Shown here: positions 20,330-28,719 of the stretch, in pieces
How the letters are laid out: each line of letters opens with the position of its first letter
Position numbering within the stretch: position 1 is the first letter of the stretch
Notes under the pieces: model-generated
Databases searched by the model: none
What the model saw: the letters and a program-made list of their open reading frames with translations, nothing else
What the model was told of the DNA's origin: nothing
Program-made: the position numbers and the translations under genes
Assembly: GCF_031426035.1 (NCBI RefSeq)
Contig: NZ_JANPKO010000096.1
Coordinates: forward strand, 888 to 64,887
Direction: 5' to 3'
DNA length: 64,000 nt
From: Sphingomonas sp.
GTDB taxonomy: Bacteria > Pseudomonadota > Alphaproteobacteria > Sphingomonadales > Sphingomonadaceae

Positions 20330-20973
20330 CCGTCATCGCCGCGGCGGTGGAAGCGGCCGTCCGGCTGGCGCAGGAACGCGGTCTGGTAGCCGGTGGTGCG
20401 GTAGATCTTGTCCCAATGCGCCATCTTGTCGGTGCCGAAGTTGAAGCACAGCAGGGCGACCGGGTCGGGCGAGGCGCCGGGCCGCGTGGAATGGCTGAAA
20501 TGGTCGCCGAAGATGATCGCCTCGCCCGGCGTGTAATCGTAGTCCGCGACCGTGCCCTTGACCGTGCGGTAGACCAGCCCGAAGCCGGCGGCATTGGCGG
20601 TGATCGGCGTCAGCAAGGTGAACGCCTCGTTGTTGGTCTTCTCCCAGTCGACGTGAAAATGCGCCGCGCGGCATTCGCTGCGGACCACGACGAACCCCGC
20701 GTACAGCCGCACCTCGCGCTCGAGGTCGAGGAACGGGCGGACATGGGCGGCGACGCCGAGCCGGTCGAAGGCCGACTGGAAGTGCGCGAAACTCGCTTCA
20801 TGGCGCGCCGAAATCCAGCGGATATCGCTGTCCCATTGCGGCCGCTCGACCTGGTAGTCGGCATCGTCGGGGGATCCCGCGGCGAGCGGCAGGAACTCGC
20901 GCACGATCGCCTCGTCGACGGCCACCGTCATCGCATTGGCGGCGGCCAGCTCGGGGTTGATAAAGTGCTTCAC
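20326..20973 (-). CDS. Hypothetical protein, possible Fe(II)/2OG-type oxygenase fold
   Basis: HVD...H spacing (HFHVDW, FSHST) in a beta-rich sequence; GTG start. Confidence 0.55.
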   Translation of the reverse strand: MKHFINPELAAANAMTVAVDEAIVREFLPLAAGSPDDADYQVERPQWDSDIRWISARHEASFAHFQSAFDRLGVAAHVRPFLDLEREVRLYAGFVVVRSECRAAHFHVDWEKTNNEAFTLLTPITANAAGFGLVYRTVKGTVADYDYTPGEAIIFGDHFSHSTRPGASPDPVALLCFNFGTDKMAHWDKIYRTTGYQTAFLRQPDGRFHRRGDDG

Positions 20974-20992
20974 AATCCCGCCGCCGCTATGC

Positions 20993-22168
20993 TTACAGCC
21001 GCTCGATAATCGTCACGTTGGCGATGCCGCCGCCCTCGCACATCGTCTGCAGCCCGAACCGCCCGCCGCGGTGGCGCAGCGCGTGGACCAGGGTTGCCAT
21101 CAATTTGGCCCCCGACGCGCCCAATGGATGGCCCAGCGCGATCGCGCCGCCGTGCACGTTGAGCCGCGCCGGGTCGGCGTCTAGCTCCTTAAGCCACGCC
21201 AGCGGCACCGGCGCGAACGCCTCGTTGACCTCGTACAGGTCGATCTCGCCGATCTCGCGCCCGGCGCGCTCGAGCGCGCGGCGGGTGGCGGGGATCGGCT
21301 CCTCGAGCATGATCACCGGGTCGCCCGCGGTGACCGTCAATTGGTCGATCCGCGCCAATGGGGTCAGCCCGTGGTCGCGCAGCGCGCGCTCGCTGGCGAT
21401 CAGCACCCCCGATGCCCCGTCGCAAATCTGGCTGGCGTTGCCGGCGGTGATCGCGCCATTGGGTTTGAGCGTCTTGAGCGCGGCTAACCCCTCCGCCGAG
21501 GCATCGGCGCGAATTCCCTCATCGCGCGTGTGCGATCCCTGTTTGCCCTCGCCATCGACCCCCTTGAGCGGCACGATCTCGCGCTCGAACGCGCCGCTGT
21601 CGGCCGCCGCCGCCGCTTTGCGGTGGCTGTCGAGCGCGAAGGCATCGAGGTCGTCGCGCGAAAAGCCGTATTTGGCGGCGATCGCCTCGGCGCCGTGAAA
21701 CTGGCTGAACTCGGTCACCCCATAGCGCTCGAGGATCGCCGTGCTCCACGGCCCGGTGCCGATCCCGGCCTGGAGCGGCAGGAACACCGGCGTCCCCATC
21801 GGCACCCGCGTCATGCTTTCGACCCCGGCGGCGACGACCAGGTCCTGGGTGCCGCTCATCACCGCCTGCGCGGCGAAGTGGATCGATTGCTGCGAGCTGC
21901 CGCACTGGCGGTCGATGGTCACCGCGGGCACGCTGTCGGGCAGCGACGATGCGAGCACCATATTGCGGCCGATGTGAAAACTCTGCTCGCCGATCTGGCT
22001 AACGCAGCCGACGATGACGTCCTCGATCGCCGCCGGGTCGACATCGCTGCCGGTAACCAGCGCGTCGAGCACCGCGGCGCCGAGGTCGGCCGGGTGCCAC
22101 TCGCGCAAGGCGCCGTTGCGCTTGCCGCCGGCGGTGCGCAGCGCGGCGACGATATAGGCTTCAGCCAA
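20993..22168 (-). CDS. Acetyl-CoA C-acyltransferase (thiolase)
   Basis: DRQCGSS, NEAF, GHPLGASG, CEGGG. Confidence 0.95.
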   Translation of the reverse strand: MAEAYIVAALRTAGGKRNGALREWHPADLGAAVLDALVTGSDVDPAAIEDVIVGCVSQIGEQSFHIGRNMVLASSLPDSVPAVTIDRQCGSSQQSIHFAAQAVMSGTQDLVVAAGVESMTRVPMGTPVFLPLQAGIGTGPWSTAILERYGVTEFSQFHGAEAIAAKYGFSRDDLDAFALDSHRKAAAAADSGAFEREIVPLKGVDGEGKQGSHTRDEGIRADASAEGLAALKTLKPNGAITAGNASQICDGASGVLIASERALRDHGLTPLARIDQLTVTAGDPVIMLEEPIPATRRALERAGREIGEIDLYEVNEAFAPVPLAWLKELDADPARLNVHGGAIALGHPLGASGAKLMATLVHALRHRGGRFGLQTMCEGGGIANVTIIERL

Positions 22169-22957
22169 TCACGTTCCTTCCACGTCGAGGAATGCCTCGA
22201 CCAGCCGGTTGAACTGGGCCGGCTGCTCGAGGTTGGCGATATGGCCCGCCGCGGCGATCACTTCCAGCCGCGCCCCGCGAATCGCCGCCGCCAACGCCTC
22301 CGACAGTGCCGGCGGTGTCGCTTTGTCCTCGGCCCCGACCAGCACCAAAGTCGGCACCGCGATGGCGCCAACGCGGTCGCGCTGGTCGGCCAGCCACACC
22401 GCCTCGACCCCGACCGCGAATGCCGCCGGGTCGATCCGCGCCATCGTCGCGCGCACCTCGTCATGCACCGCCGCCGGCGTTTCGGCGGCGAGCAGGAACG
22501 GCGTGCGCTGCTCGGCCAATACCGCCATCCCGGCGCCGCGGCTGGCGGCCAGGCTGCGCTCGTAGATCCCGCGCCCGTCGGGGTGGACCGCGAAGCTGTC
22601 GGCGAGGATCAGCGAGCGGCACCGCGCCGACGCGGCATGGTGCATCGCGATCGCCACCACCCCGCCGAGCGACAAGCCGCAGACATGCGCCCCGCCGATC
22701 CCGAGCGCGTCCATCGCGGCGAATATCGCGAGCGCATAATCGTCGCGGGTGGTGCCAGGCGGCGCGGGACTGCTGTCGCCGTACCCGGGATAATCGAACG
22801 CGACCGTCCGGCGCTCGGCGCCAAAATGCGCCAGCTGCGGCCACCACACCGATTTGTCCGATCCGACCCCGTGGAGGAAGACGAGCGGAGTCGATGGGCC
22901 GCCGCCGACCTCCTCGACGCCAAGCCGGGCTCCCCCACCGATATCGACCTGCCCCAT
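22169..22957 (-). CDS. Alpha/beta hydrolase (enol-lactonase-like)
   Basis: HGVG, GLSLGG nucleophile elbow, GHIANLE. Confidence 0.88.
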   Translation of the reverse strand: MGQVDIGGGARLGVEEVGGGPSTPLVFLHGVGSDKSVWWPQLAHFGAERRTVAFDYPGYGDSSPAPPGTTRDDYALAIFAAMDALGIGGAHVCGLSLGGVVAIAMHHAASARCRSLILADSFAVHPDGRGIYERSLAASRGAGMAVLAEQRTPFLLAAETPAAVHDEVRATMARIDPAAFAVGVEAVWLADQRDRVGAIAVPTLVLVGAEDKATPPALSEALAAAIRGARLEVIAAAGHIANLEQPAQFNRLVEAFLDVEGT

Positions 22958-23007
22958 CCCGGCATGATGGCGTTGGCGGGTGGCTTTGCAAGCGCTACGC
23001 TCGCGCC

Positions 23008-23517
23008 ATGACGCGGATGACGGTCAATGGCGAGGCGGTCCATTACAAGCTCGACCCGGCGACCCCGTTGCTGTGGGCGCTGCGCGACGCGTCCAACCTG
23101 ACCGGCGCCAAATACGGTTGCGACACGCGCGACTGCGGCGCGTGCACGGTGATCGTCGACGGCCGCGCGACGATGAGCTGCGGCGTCACCATCGCCGCGC
23201 TCGAGGGCGCCGACATCGTCACCATCGAAGGCCTCGCCGCCGACCGCGCGCACCCCGTGCAGCAGGCGTGGGCGGCCGAGCAGGTCAGCCAGTGCGGTTT
23301 TTGCGATCCCGGCTTCATTCTTGCGATCGCCGCCTTGCTCAAGGCCAGCCCGAGCCCGAGCCCCGAGCAGGTCGACGCCATTCCCAATCTGTGCCGCTGC
23401 GGCGCCTACCCGCGCATCCGCCGCGCCATCGCGCGCGCCGCCGCGTCGGCCACCCGCACAGCACCGCCGACGCCCCCGCCGATCGCCGCACCGCCTCCAC
23501 CGGCAACCAAGCGTTAA
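23008..23517 (+). CDS. (2Fe-2S)-binding small subunit of the xanthine/isoquinoline oxidoreductase family
   Basis: KYGCDTRDCGACTV, QCGFCDPG, NLCRCGAY. Confidence 0.9.
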   Translation: MTRMTVNGEAVHYKLDPATPLLWALRDASNLTGAKYGCDTRDCGACTVIVDGRATMSCGVTIAALEGADIVTIEGLAADRAHPVQQAWAAEQVSQCGFCDPGFILAIAALLKASPSPSPEQVDAIPNLCRCGAYPRIRRAIARAAASATRTAPPTPPPIAAPPPPATKR

Positions 23518-23583
23518 TTCTCGGCTCATCTGACGCGGCGCACGTTGCGGCTTCGAATCGATCCCATGTTGAGGGTTGCCGTC

Positions 23584-24393
23584 ATGCGTATGTTCATTCT
23601 GGCCTTGCTTGCCACCACCGCGGCCCCTGCTTTGGCCGCCGAGGACGGCGACCGCCGGTCAGCCCGCAGCGAGGCCCGCGCCGAACGCGTCGAACGCGCC
23701 GAACGAGTCGAGCGCGCCGAACCGCGACCCGCGCCCAAGGTCCAGGTGTCACGCCCGAGCGGCGATTCCCCCCGCACCGTCGACGTCTCCGACCGGCGCC
23801 TGGTGGCCCGCCCCGACGGGGCGCCCGCCCCGCTCGGCCGGCGCGGCTTGTCCGGCGGCGAACACCGCGGGGTTGCGCCCGGCGCCTTCGGGGCGCGGCC
23901 GGAAGCACCCGATTCGGTGCGCGACTGGCGCCGCGCCGAGCGCAGCGGACGCGTCCGCCCCGGCACCATCGACGAGGCCACCGCTTTGCCGACCCGCCGC
24001 CGTGCCCCGGTCGCCGATAGCGACCGCGACGGCCATCGCCGCTGGCGCGACGGGCGCAACGACCGCTGGCGCGACGGCCGCAACGACGGCTGGCGCCACA
24101 GTTGGCGCGACGACCGTCGCTACGACTGGCGCGACCATCGCCGCCGCCATCGCTCGATTTTCCGTCTCGGCGCTTATTACGATCCGTTCGGCTGGGGCTA
24201 CAATCGCTTCTCGATCGGCAGCCGGATGTACCCGCATTATTACCGCAGCAGCTATTGGCTCAACGACCCGTGGCAGTACCGCCTGCCCCAGGCCTACGGC
24301 CGCTACCGCTGGGTGCGCTATTACGACGATGCCTTGCTGGTCGATGTCTACACCGGCGAAGTGGTCGACGTGATCCACCAGTTCTTCTGGTAG
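23584..24393 (+). CDS. RcnB-family secreted protein with an Arg/Asp-rich low-complexity region
   Basis: C-terminal YRLP...YRWVRYYDDALLVDVYTGEVVDVI. Confidence 0.85.
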   Translation: MRMFILALLATTAAPALAAEDGDRRSARSEARAERVERAERVERAEPRPAPKVQVSRPSGDSPRTVDVSDRRLVARPDGAPAPLGRRGLSGGEHRGVAPGAFGARPEAPDSVRDWRRAERSGRVRPGTIDEATALPTRRRAPVADSDRDGHRRWRDGRNDRWRDGRNDGWRHSWRDDRRYDWRDHRRRHRSIFRLGAYYDPFGWGYNRFSIGSRMYPHYYRSSYWLNDPWQYRLPQAYGRYRWVRYYDDALLVDVYTGEVVDVIHQFFW

Positions 24394-24446
24394 CTCGCGC
24401 GCGTCGTTGGAGCCGCGTTCTAGTAGACGCGGGCCGGCACTTGGTC

Positions 24447-24483
24447 GAAGGGGCGTTGCGGTTTGTTCCGTGACGCCCCTTTC
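24447..24483 (+). terminator. Hairpin, probable terminator
   Basis: AAGGGGCGTTGCGG-loop-CCGTGACGCCCCTT downstream of the RcnB-like gene. Confidence 0.55.
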
Positions 24484-24521
24484 GCACATCCGAACCCCCG
24501 CTTGCCTGAGGAATCCGCCCG

Positions 24522-26363
24522 ATGATGCTTCGTCCGCTGCTGCTGTCCGCCTCGCTCGCCGCGCTTGCCGGATGCGCCACCGTGCCGCCGCCCGAGCCGG
24601 TCCCGGTCGCGCCCGTCGCCGAAGCGCCCGCCACCCCCGCCGCGACCGCTGCGAGCGAGCACGAGCGGCTGTTCAACCTGTTCAAGCGCAGCGACGAGGA
24701 GTCGCTCAAGCGCAACCCGTTGAACGCGATCTTCCGCGGCGACCTGCGCTACGCCGACCGCTTCGGCGACAACATCAGCGACGCTTATTACGCGGGCGAG
24801 CGCGCCGCCGCCGAGGCCGACCTCGCCGAGCTGGCGACGGTCAATCGCGATGTTCTCAATGACACCGACAAACTCGCCTACGACGTGTTCGAATATTCCA
24901 CCCGCGACACCCTGCGCGGCCTCCAGCCCGATCTCCTCGCGCTGACCGCGCCGCGCCCGATGAACCACTTTTTCGGCTTCCACACCTTCTACCCGACCTT
25001 CGCCAGCGGGCAGGGCGCGGCGCCGTTCAAGACCGTCGCCGACTATGACAACAACCTTAAACGCCACCGCGAGTTCGCGGTCTACCTCGACCGCGCGGTC
25101 GAGCGCTTCCGCGAGGGTGCGGCGAGCGGCGTGGTCGAGACCAAGATGACCGTGCGCAACATGATCGAGCAGCTCGACACCCAGGTGAAGCAGCCGGTCG
25201 CCGAGTCGACCTACTACGGCCCGATCAAGGCGTTCCCCGACACCGTCCCCGCGGCCGACCGCGCGCGCCTGACCGCCGAATATCGCGCGGTGATCGCCGA
25301 CCAACTGTACCCCGCGCTGACTCGCCTGCGCGATTATCTCAAGGCCGATTATCTGCCCAAGGCGCGCGACGGCTTCGGCATCATGTACATGACCGGCGGC
25401 GACAAATTGTACCGCTATTTGGTGCAGTCGACGACGACCTTGCCGTTGACCCCGGAGGAGATCCACCAGACCGGCCTCGACGAGGTCGCGCGGATCACCG
25501 CCGAGATGGAAAAGGTCAAAACCGCGGTCGGCTTCAAGGGCACGCTCGGGCAGTTCTTCAACCACCTCCGCACCGACCCCAAATACAAGACCAAAACCCG
25601 CGAGGCGCTGACCCAGCGCTATTACGACATCGGCAAGATCGTCGACGCCAAGTTGCCGGCGTATTTCTCGACCATGCCCAGGGCCAAGCTCGAAATCCGC
25701 CCCTATCCCGAGTTCCGCGAAAAGTTCGAGGCCGGCGGCAGCTACGAGCAGGGCAGCCCCGACGGCAGCCGGCCCGGCGTGTTCTACTTCAACGCCTATG
25801 ATTTGCCTTCGCGCACCTCGCCCGGGATCACCACGCTCTACCTCCACGAAGGCTCGCCCGGGCACCATTTCCAGATCAGCCTGGCGCAGGAGAATGAGGC
25901 GCTGCCGCCGTTCATGCGCTACGGCGGCAACACCGCATATGTCGAAGGCTGGGCGCTCTACGCCGAGACCCTGGGCTATGAGATGGGGGTGTTCGAGGAC
26001 CCGATCCAGCGCTTCGGCACCTTGAGCGACGAGATGCTGCGCGCGATGCGGCTGGTGGTCGACACCGGCATCCACTCCAAGGGTTGGACGCGTGAGCAAG
26101 CGATCGAATACATGCTGAGCCATTCCGACATGGGCAAGACCGACGCCACCGCCGAGGTCGAGCGCTACATCGCGATCCCCAGCCAGGCGCTCGCCTACAA
26201 GACCGGCGCGCTGACCATCCAGCGCCTGCGCAAAAAGGCCGAGGCCGAGCTCGGCGAAAAATTCGACATCCGCGATTTCCACGCCCAGGTGCTGATGACG
26301 GGCGCGTTGCCGCTGGCGATCCTGGAGAAAAAGATCGACACCTGGATCGCGGCGAAGAAGTGA
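24522..26363 (+). CDS. DUF885 family lipoprotein (putative metallopeptidase)
   Basis: Lipobox LAGC, HEGSPGHHFQ, EGWALYAE, QALAYKTG. Confidence 0.92.
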   Translation: MMLRPLLLSASLAALAGCATVPPPEPVPVAPVAEAPATPAATAASEHERLFNLFKRSDEESLKRNPLNAIFRGDLRYADRFGDNISDAYYAGERAAAEADLAELATVNRDVLNDTDKLAYDVFEYSTRDTLRGLQPDLLALTAPRPMNHFFGFHTFYPTFASGQGAAPFKTVADYDNNLKRHREFAVYLDRAVERFREGAASGVVETKMTVRNMIEQLDTQVKQPVAESTYYGPIKAFPDTVPAADRARLTAEYRAVIADQLYPALTRLRDYLKADYLPKARDGFGIMYMTGGDKLYRYLVQSTTTLPLTPEEIHQTGLDEVARITAEMEKVKTAVGFKGTLGQFFNHLRTDPKYKTKTREALTQRYYDIGKIVDAKLPAYFSTMPRAKLEIRPYPEFREKFEAGGSYEQGSPDGSRPGVFYFNAYDLPSRTSPGITTLYLHEGSPGHHFQISLAQENEALPPFMRYGGNTAYVEGWALYAETLGYEMGVFEDPIQRFGTLSDEMLRAMRLVVDTGIHSKGWTREQAIEYMLSHSDMGKTDATAEVERYIAIPSQALAYKTGALTIQRLRKKAEAELGEKFDIRDFHAQVLMTGALPLAILEKKIDTWIAAKK

Positions 26364-26407
26364 CTCGCGCATCGCACTAGGTCGGGGAACAACCAGAGGA
26401 GGGGCAA

Positions 26408-26920
26408 ATGACGAAAACGCGATTGCTGCTTTCGGTTGCAGCGCTGCTGCTGGCCGCGTGCCAGGCAGTTGAGAAACCTGCCAACGACGTCGCCCAGGCG
26501 AATAGCAGCGCCGCCGTCGATCCTGGCGCGGACGAGCAGGCAATCCGCGGGAATGTCGATCGCTGGATGGAGCTCGTCAAAGCCAAGGATGCCGCAGGCA
26601 TTGCGCAGCTCTACGCCGAGGACGGCGCGGTGATGCCGCCCAACGCGCCGATCGGCAAAGGACGCGCGGCGATCCAGCAGACCTGGGACGCGATGATGCG
26701 GACGCCGGGATTCGATCTTACCATCGCTCCGGAGCAGATCGTAGTGTCCGCGGCGGGCGATATGGCGCTCGATCGTGGGACGTATCGACTCACGGTTGCG
26801 CCCGACGGCACGGCGCAGACCGACACCGGCAAATATGTGGTCGTTTGGCGGAAGGTCGGCAGCGATTGGAAAGCCGCGGCGGACATCTTCAATAGTGATT
26901 TGCCACCGAGCGGCGGTTAG
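26408..26920 (+). CDS. DUF4440/SnoaL-like lipoprotein
   Basis: Lipobox LAAC; LYAEDGAVMPPN...GKYVVVWRK. Confidence 0.8.
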   Translation: MTKTRLLLSVAALLLAACQAVEKPANDVAQANSSAAVDPGADEQAIRGNVDRWMELVKAKDAAGIAQLYAEDGAVMPPNAPIGKGRAAIQQTWDAMMRTPGFDLTIAPEQIVVSAAGDMALDRGTYRLTVAPDGTAQTDTGKYVVVWRKVGSDWKAAADIFNSDLPPSGG

Positions 26921-26962
26921 CGCGGCAGGCAGGCGGATCCGGGCGCAAGGCCGCGATGACGG

Positions 26963-28543
26963 CTAATAAGTGGCGAGCGCCTCCGCGATCAATCGGCGGC
27001 TGTTGTCGACGCCGTAAAGCGCGATGAAGCTGCCCATGCGGGGGCCTTGCGAGCTGCCGAGAAGGGTTTCGTAGAGCGCCTGGAACCACGCCCGCAGCGG
27101 CTCGAATGCGTGGCGCTTGCCGACTTCGAACACGAGGTTCTGGATGGCGTCGGCGTCCGCCTCGGCGGGCAATTTCGCAAGCTCCTGGTCGAGGTCGCGC
27201 AGCGCCGCTGCCTCGGCCTCGCTCGGCGCGCGGCGCTCGAGCGTCGGGGTGACGAAATCGCGCGCGTAATTGACCGCCAGCCCGATCAGCGCGTCGAGCT
27301 CGGGGTCGGTCTCGGGCGAGGTCCCCGGCGCATAACGCTGGACGAACTTCCACGCGGTGTCGGTGTCGCCGCAACCGGGCAGCGAAGCGAGGTTGAGCAA
27401 CAGGCCATAGGTCAGCGGCAGCGCGCTGTCCGGCACCTTGCCAGCATGAATATGATGCACCGGATTGCCGAGCTTCTGCTCGATCGGTTGCGCGGCGTAA
27501 TTGCCGCGGAACTGGAGATACTCGTCCACAGCGCGCGGAATTACCCCAAGGTGCAAACTCTTCGCCTTCCTCGGCTCGCGGTAGATAAAGAAGGAAAGAC
27601 TCTCCTCGCTGCCGTAGCGCAGCCATTGCTCGAGGCTCAGCCCGTTGCCCTTCGATTTGCTGATCTTCTCGCCACGCTCGTCGAGGAACATCTCGTAGTT
27701 GAACCCCTCGGGCGGCCGCCCGCCGAACACCCGCGCGATCTTGCTCGATTGGGTGACCGAATCGATGAGGTCCTTGCCGGCCATTTCGTAGTCGACCCCG
27801 AGCGCGACCCAGCGCGCCGCCCAGTCGACCTTCCACTGCAATTTGGCACGGCCGCCGAGCGCCGACTGGGTGACGCGCGCGCCGTCATCGTCGATAAACG
27901 AAATGGTCCCCGCCGCGGCGTCCTCGACCTGGACCGGCACCTGCAGCACGCGGCCGCTGCTCGGCGAGATCGGCAACAATGGAGAATAGGTCAGCCGCCG
28001 CTCCTCGCGCAGGGTCGGCAGCATCACCCCGAGCACGCCGTCCCAATTGGCGAGCACCGAACGGATCACATCGTCGAACCGCCCGCCGGTGTAGCATTCG
28101 GTCGCCGACAGGAATTCGTAATCGAACCCGAAGCGGTCGAGGAAATGGCGCAGCATCGCATTGTTGTGCGCGGCGAAGCTGTCGTGGGTGCCGAACGGGT
28201 CGGGGATTTTGGTCAGCGGCTGTCCGAGGTGCGCGCTCAACATCTCGCCATTGGGGAGGTTGTCGGGCACTTTCCGAAGCCCGTCCATGTCGTCCGAGAA
28301 TGCGATCAGCCGGGTTGCCGCGCCGCCCGTCAGTTCCTCGTAAGCGCGGCGGACGAAGGTCGTGCGCAGTACTTCGTTGAAGGTGCCGATATGCGGCAGC
28401 CCCGACGGCCCGTAGCCAGTCTCGAACAGCATCGGCGCGCCGTCCGGCTTCCCCTCGGGCCAGCGCTTGAGCAGCTTGCGCGCTTCCTCATACGGCCACG
28501 CCTTCGATTGCAGCGCCACGTTGCGAAGATTGGCATCATCCAT
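26963..28543 (-). CDS. lysS: Lysine--tRNA ligase, class I
   Basis: ETGYGPSGLPHIGT (HIGH-like), KISKSKGN, GPRMGSF. Confidence 0.96.
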   Translation of the reverse strand: MDDANLRNVALQSKAWPYEEARKLLKRWPEGKPDGAPMLFETGYGPSGLPHIGTFNEVLRTTFVRRAYEELTGGAATRLIAFSDDMDGLRKVPDNLPNGEMLSAHLGQPLTKIPDPFGTHDSFAAHNNAMLRHFLDRFGFDYEFLSATECYTGGRFDDVIRSVLANWDGVLGVMLPTLREERRLTYSPLLPISPSSGRVLQVPVQVEDAAAGTISFIDDDGARVTQSALGGRAKLQWKVDWAARWVALGVDYEMAGKDLIDSVTQSSKIARVFGGRPPEGFNYEMFLDERGEKISKSKGNGLSLEQWLRYGSEESLSFFIYREPRKAKSLHLGVIPRAVDEYLQFRGNYAAQPIEQKLGNPVHHIHAGKVPDSALPLTYGLLLNLASLPGCGDTDTAWKFVQRYAPGTSPETDPELDALIGLAVNYARDFVTPTLERRAPSEAEAAALRDLDQELAKLPAEADADAIQNLVFEVGKRHAFEPLRAWFQALYETLLGSSQGPRMGSFIALYGVDNSRRLIAEALATY

Positions 28544-28581
28544 GTGCCGCGCATGTCGTTTCGCAAGTTCGAACGCAAGCG

Positions 28582-28681
28582 TTCCCCGGCGCAGGCCGGG
28601 GTCCAGGCCGGGCAAGGCCCGGATTGCTCGGTCACCCAAGCTCCTGCAGGAGCTTCCTGGACCCCGGCCTTCGCCGGCGAA
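28582..28681. repeat. REP-like palindromic doublet
   Basis: 26-bp arms at 28582-28607 and 28656-28681 are inverted with 2 mismatches; each arm is itself a hairpin; central perfect 18-bp palindrome AAGCTCCTGCAGGAGCTT. Confidence 0.8.
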
Positions 28682-28719
28682 CTGTTGCCATTTCGTTCCC
28701 TTGGTCGCATTTCACCGTC

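Noticed and set aside
23660-24150. Tandem repeats (GAACGCGTCGAACGCGCC; CGCTGGCGCGACGG)
   Set aside because: They encode the ordinary low-complexity RAERVE/RWRDGRND linker of RcnB-like proteins.
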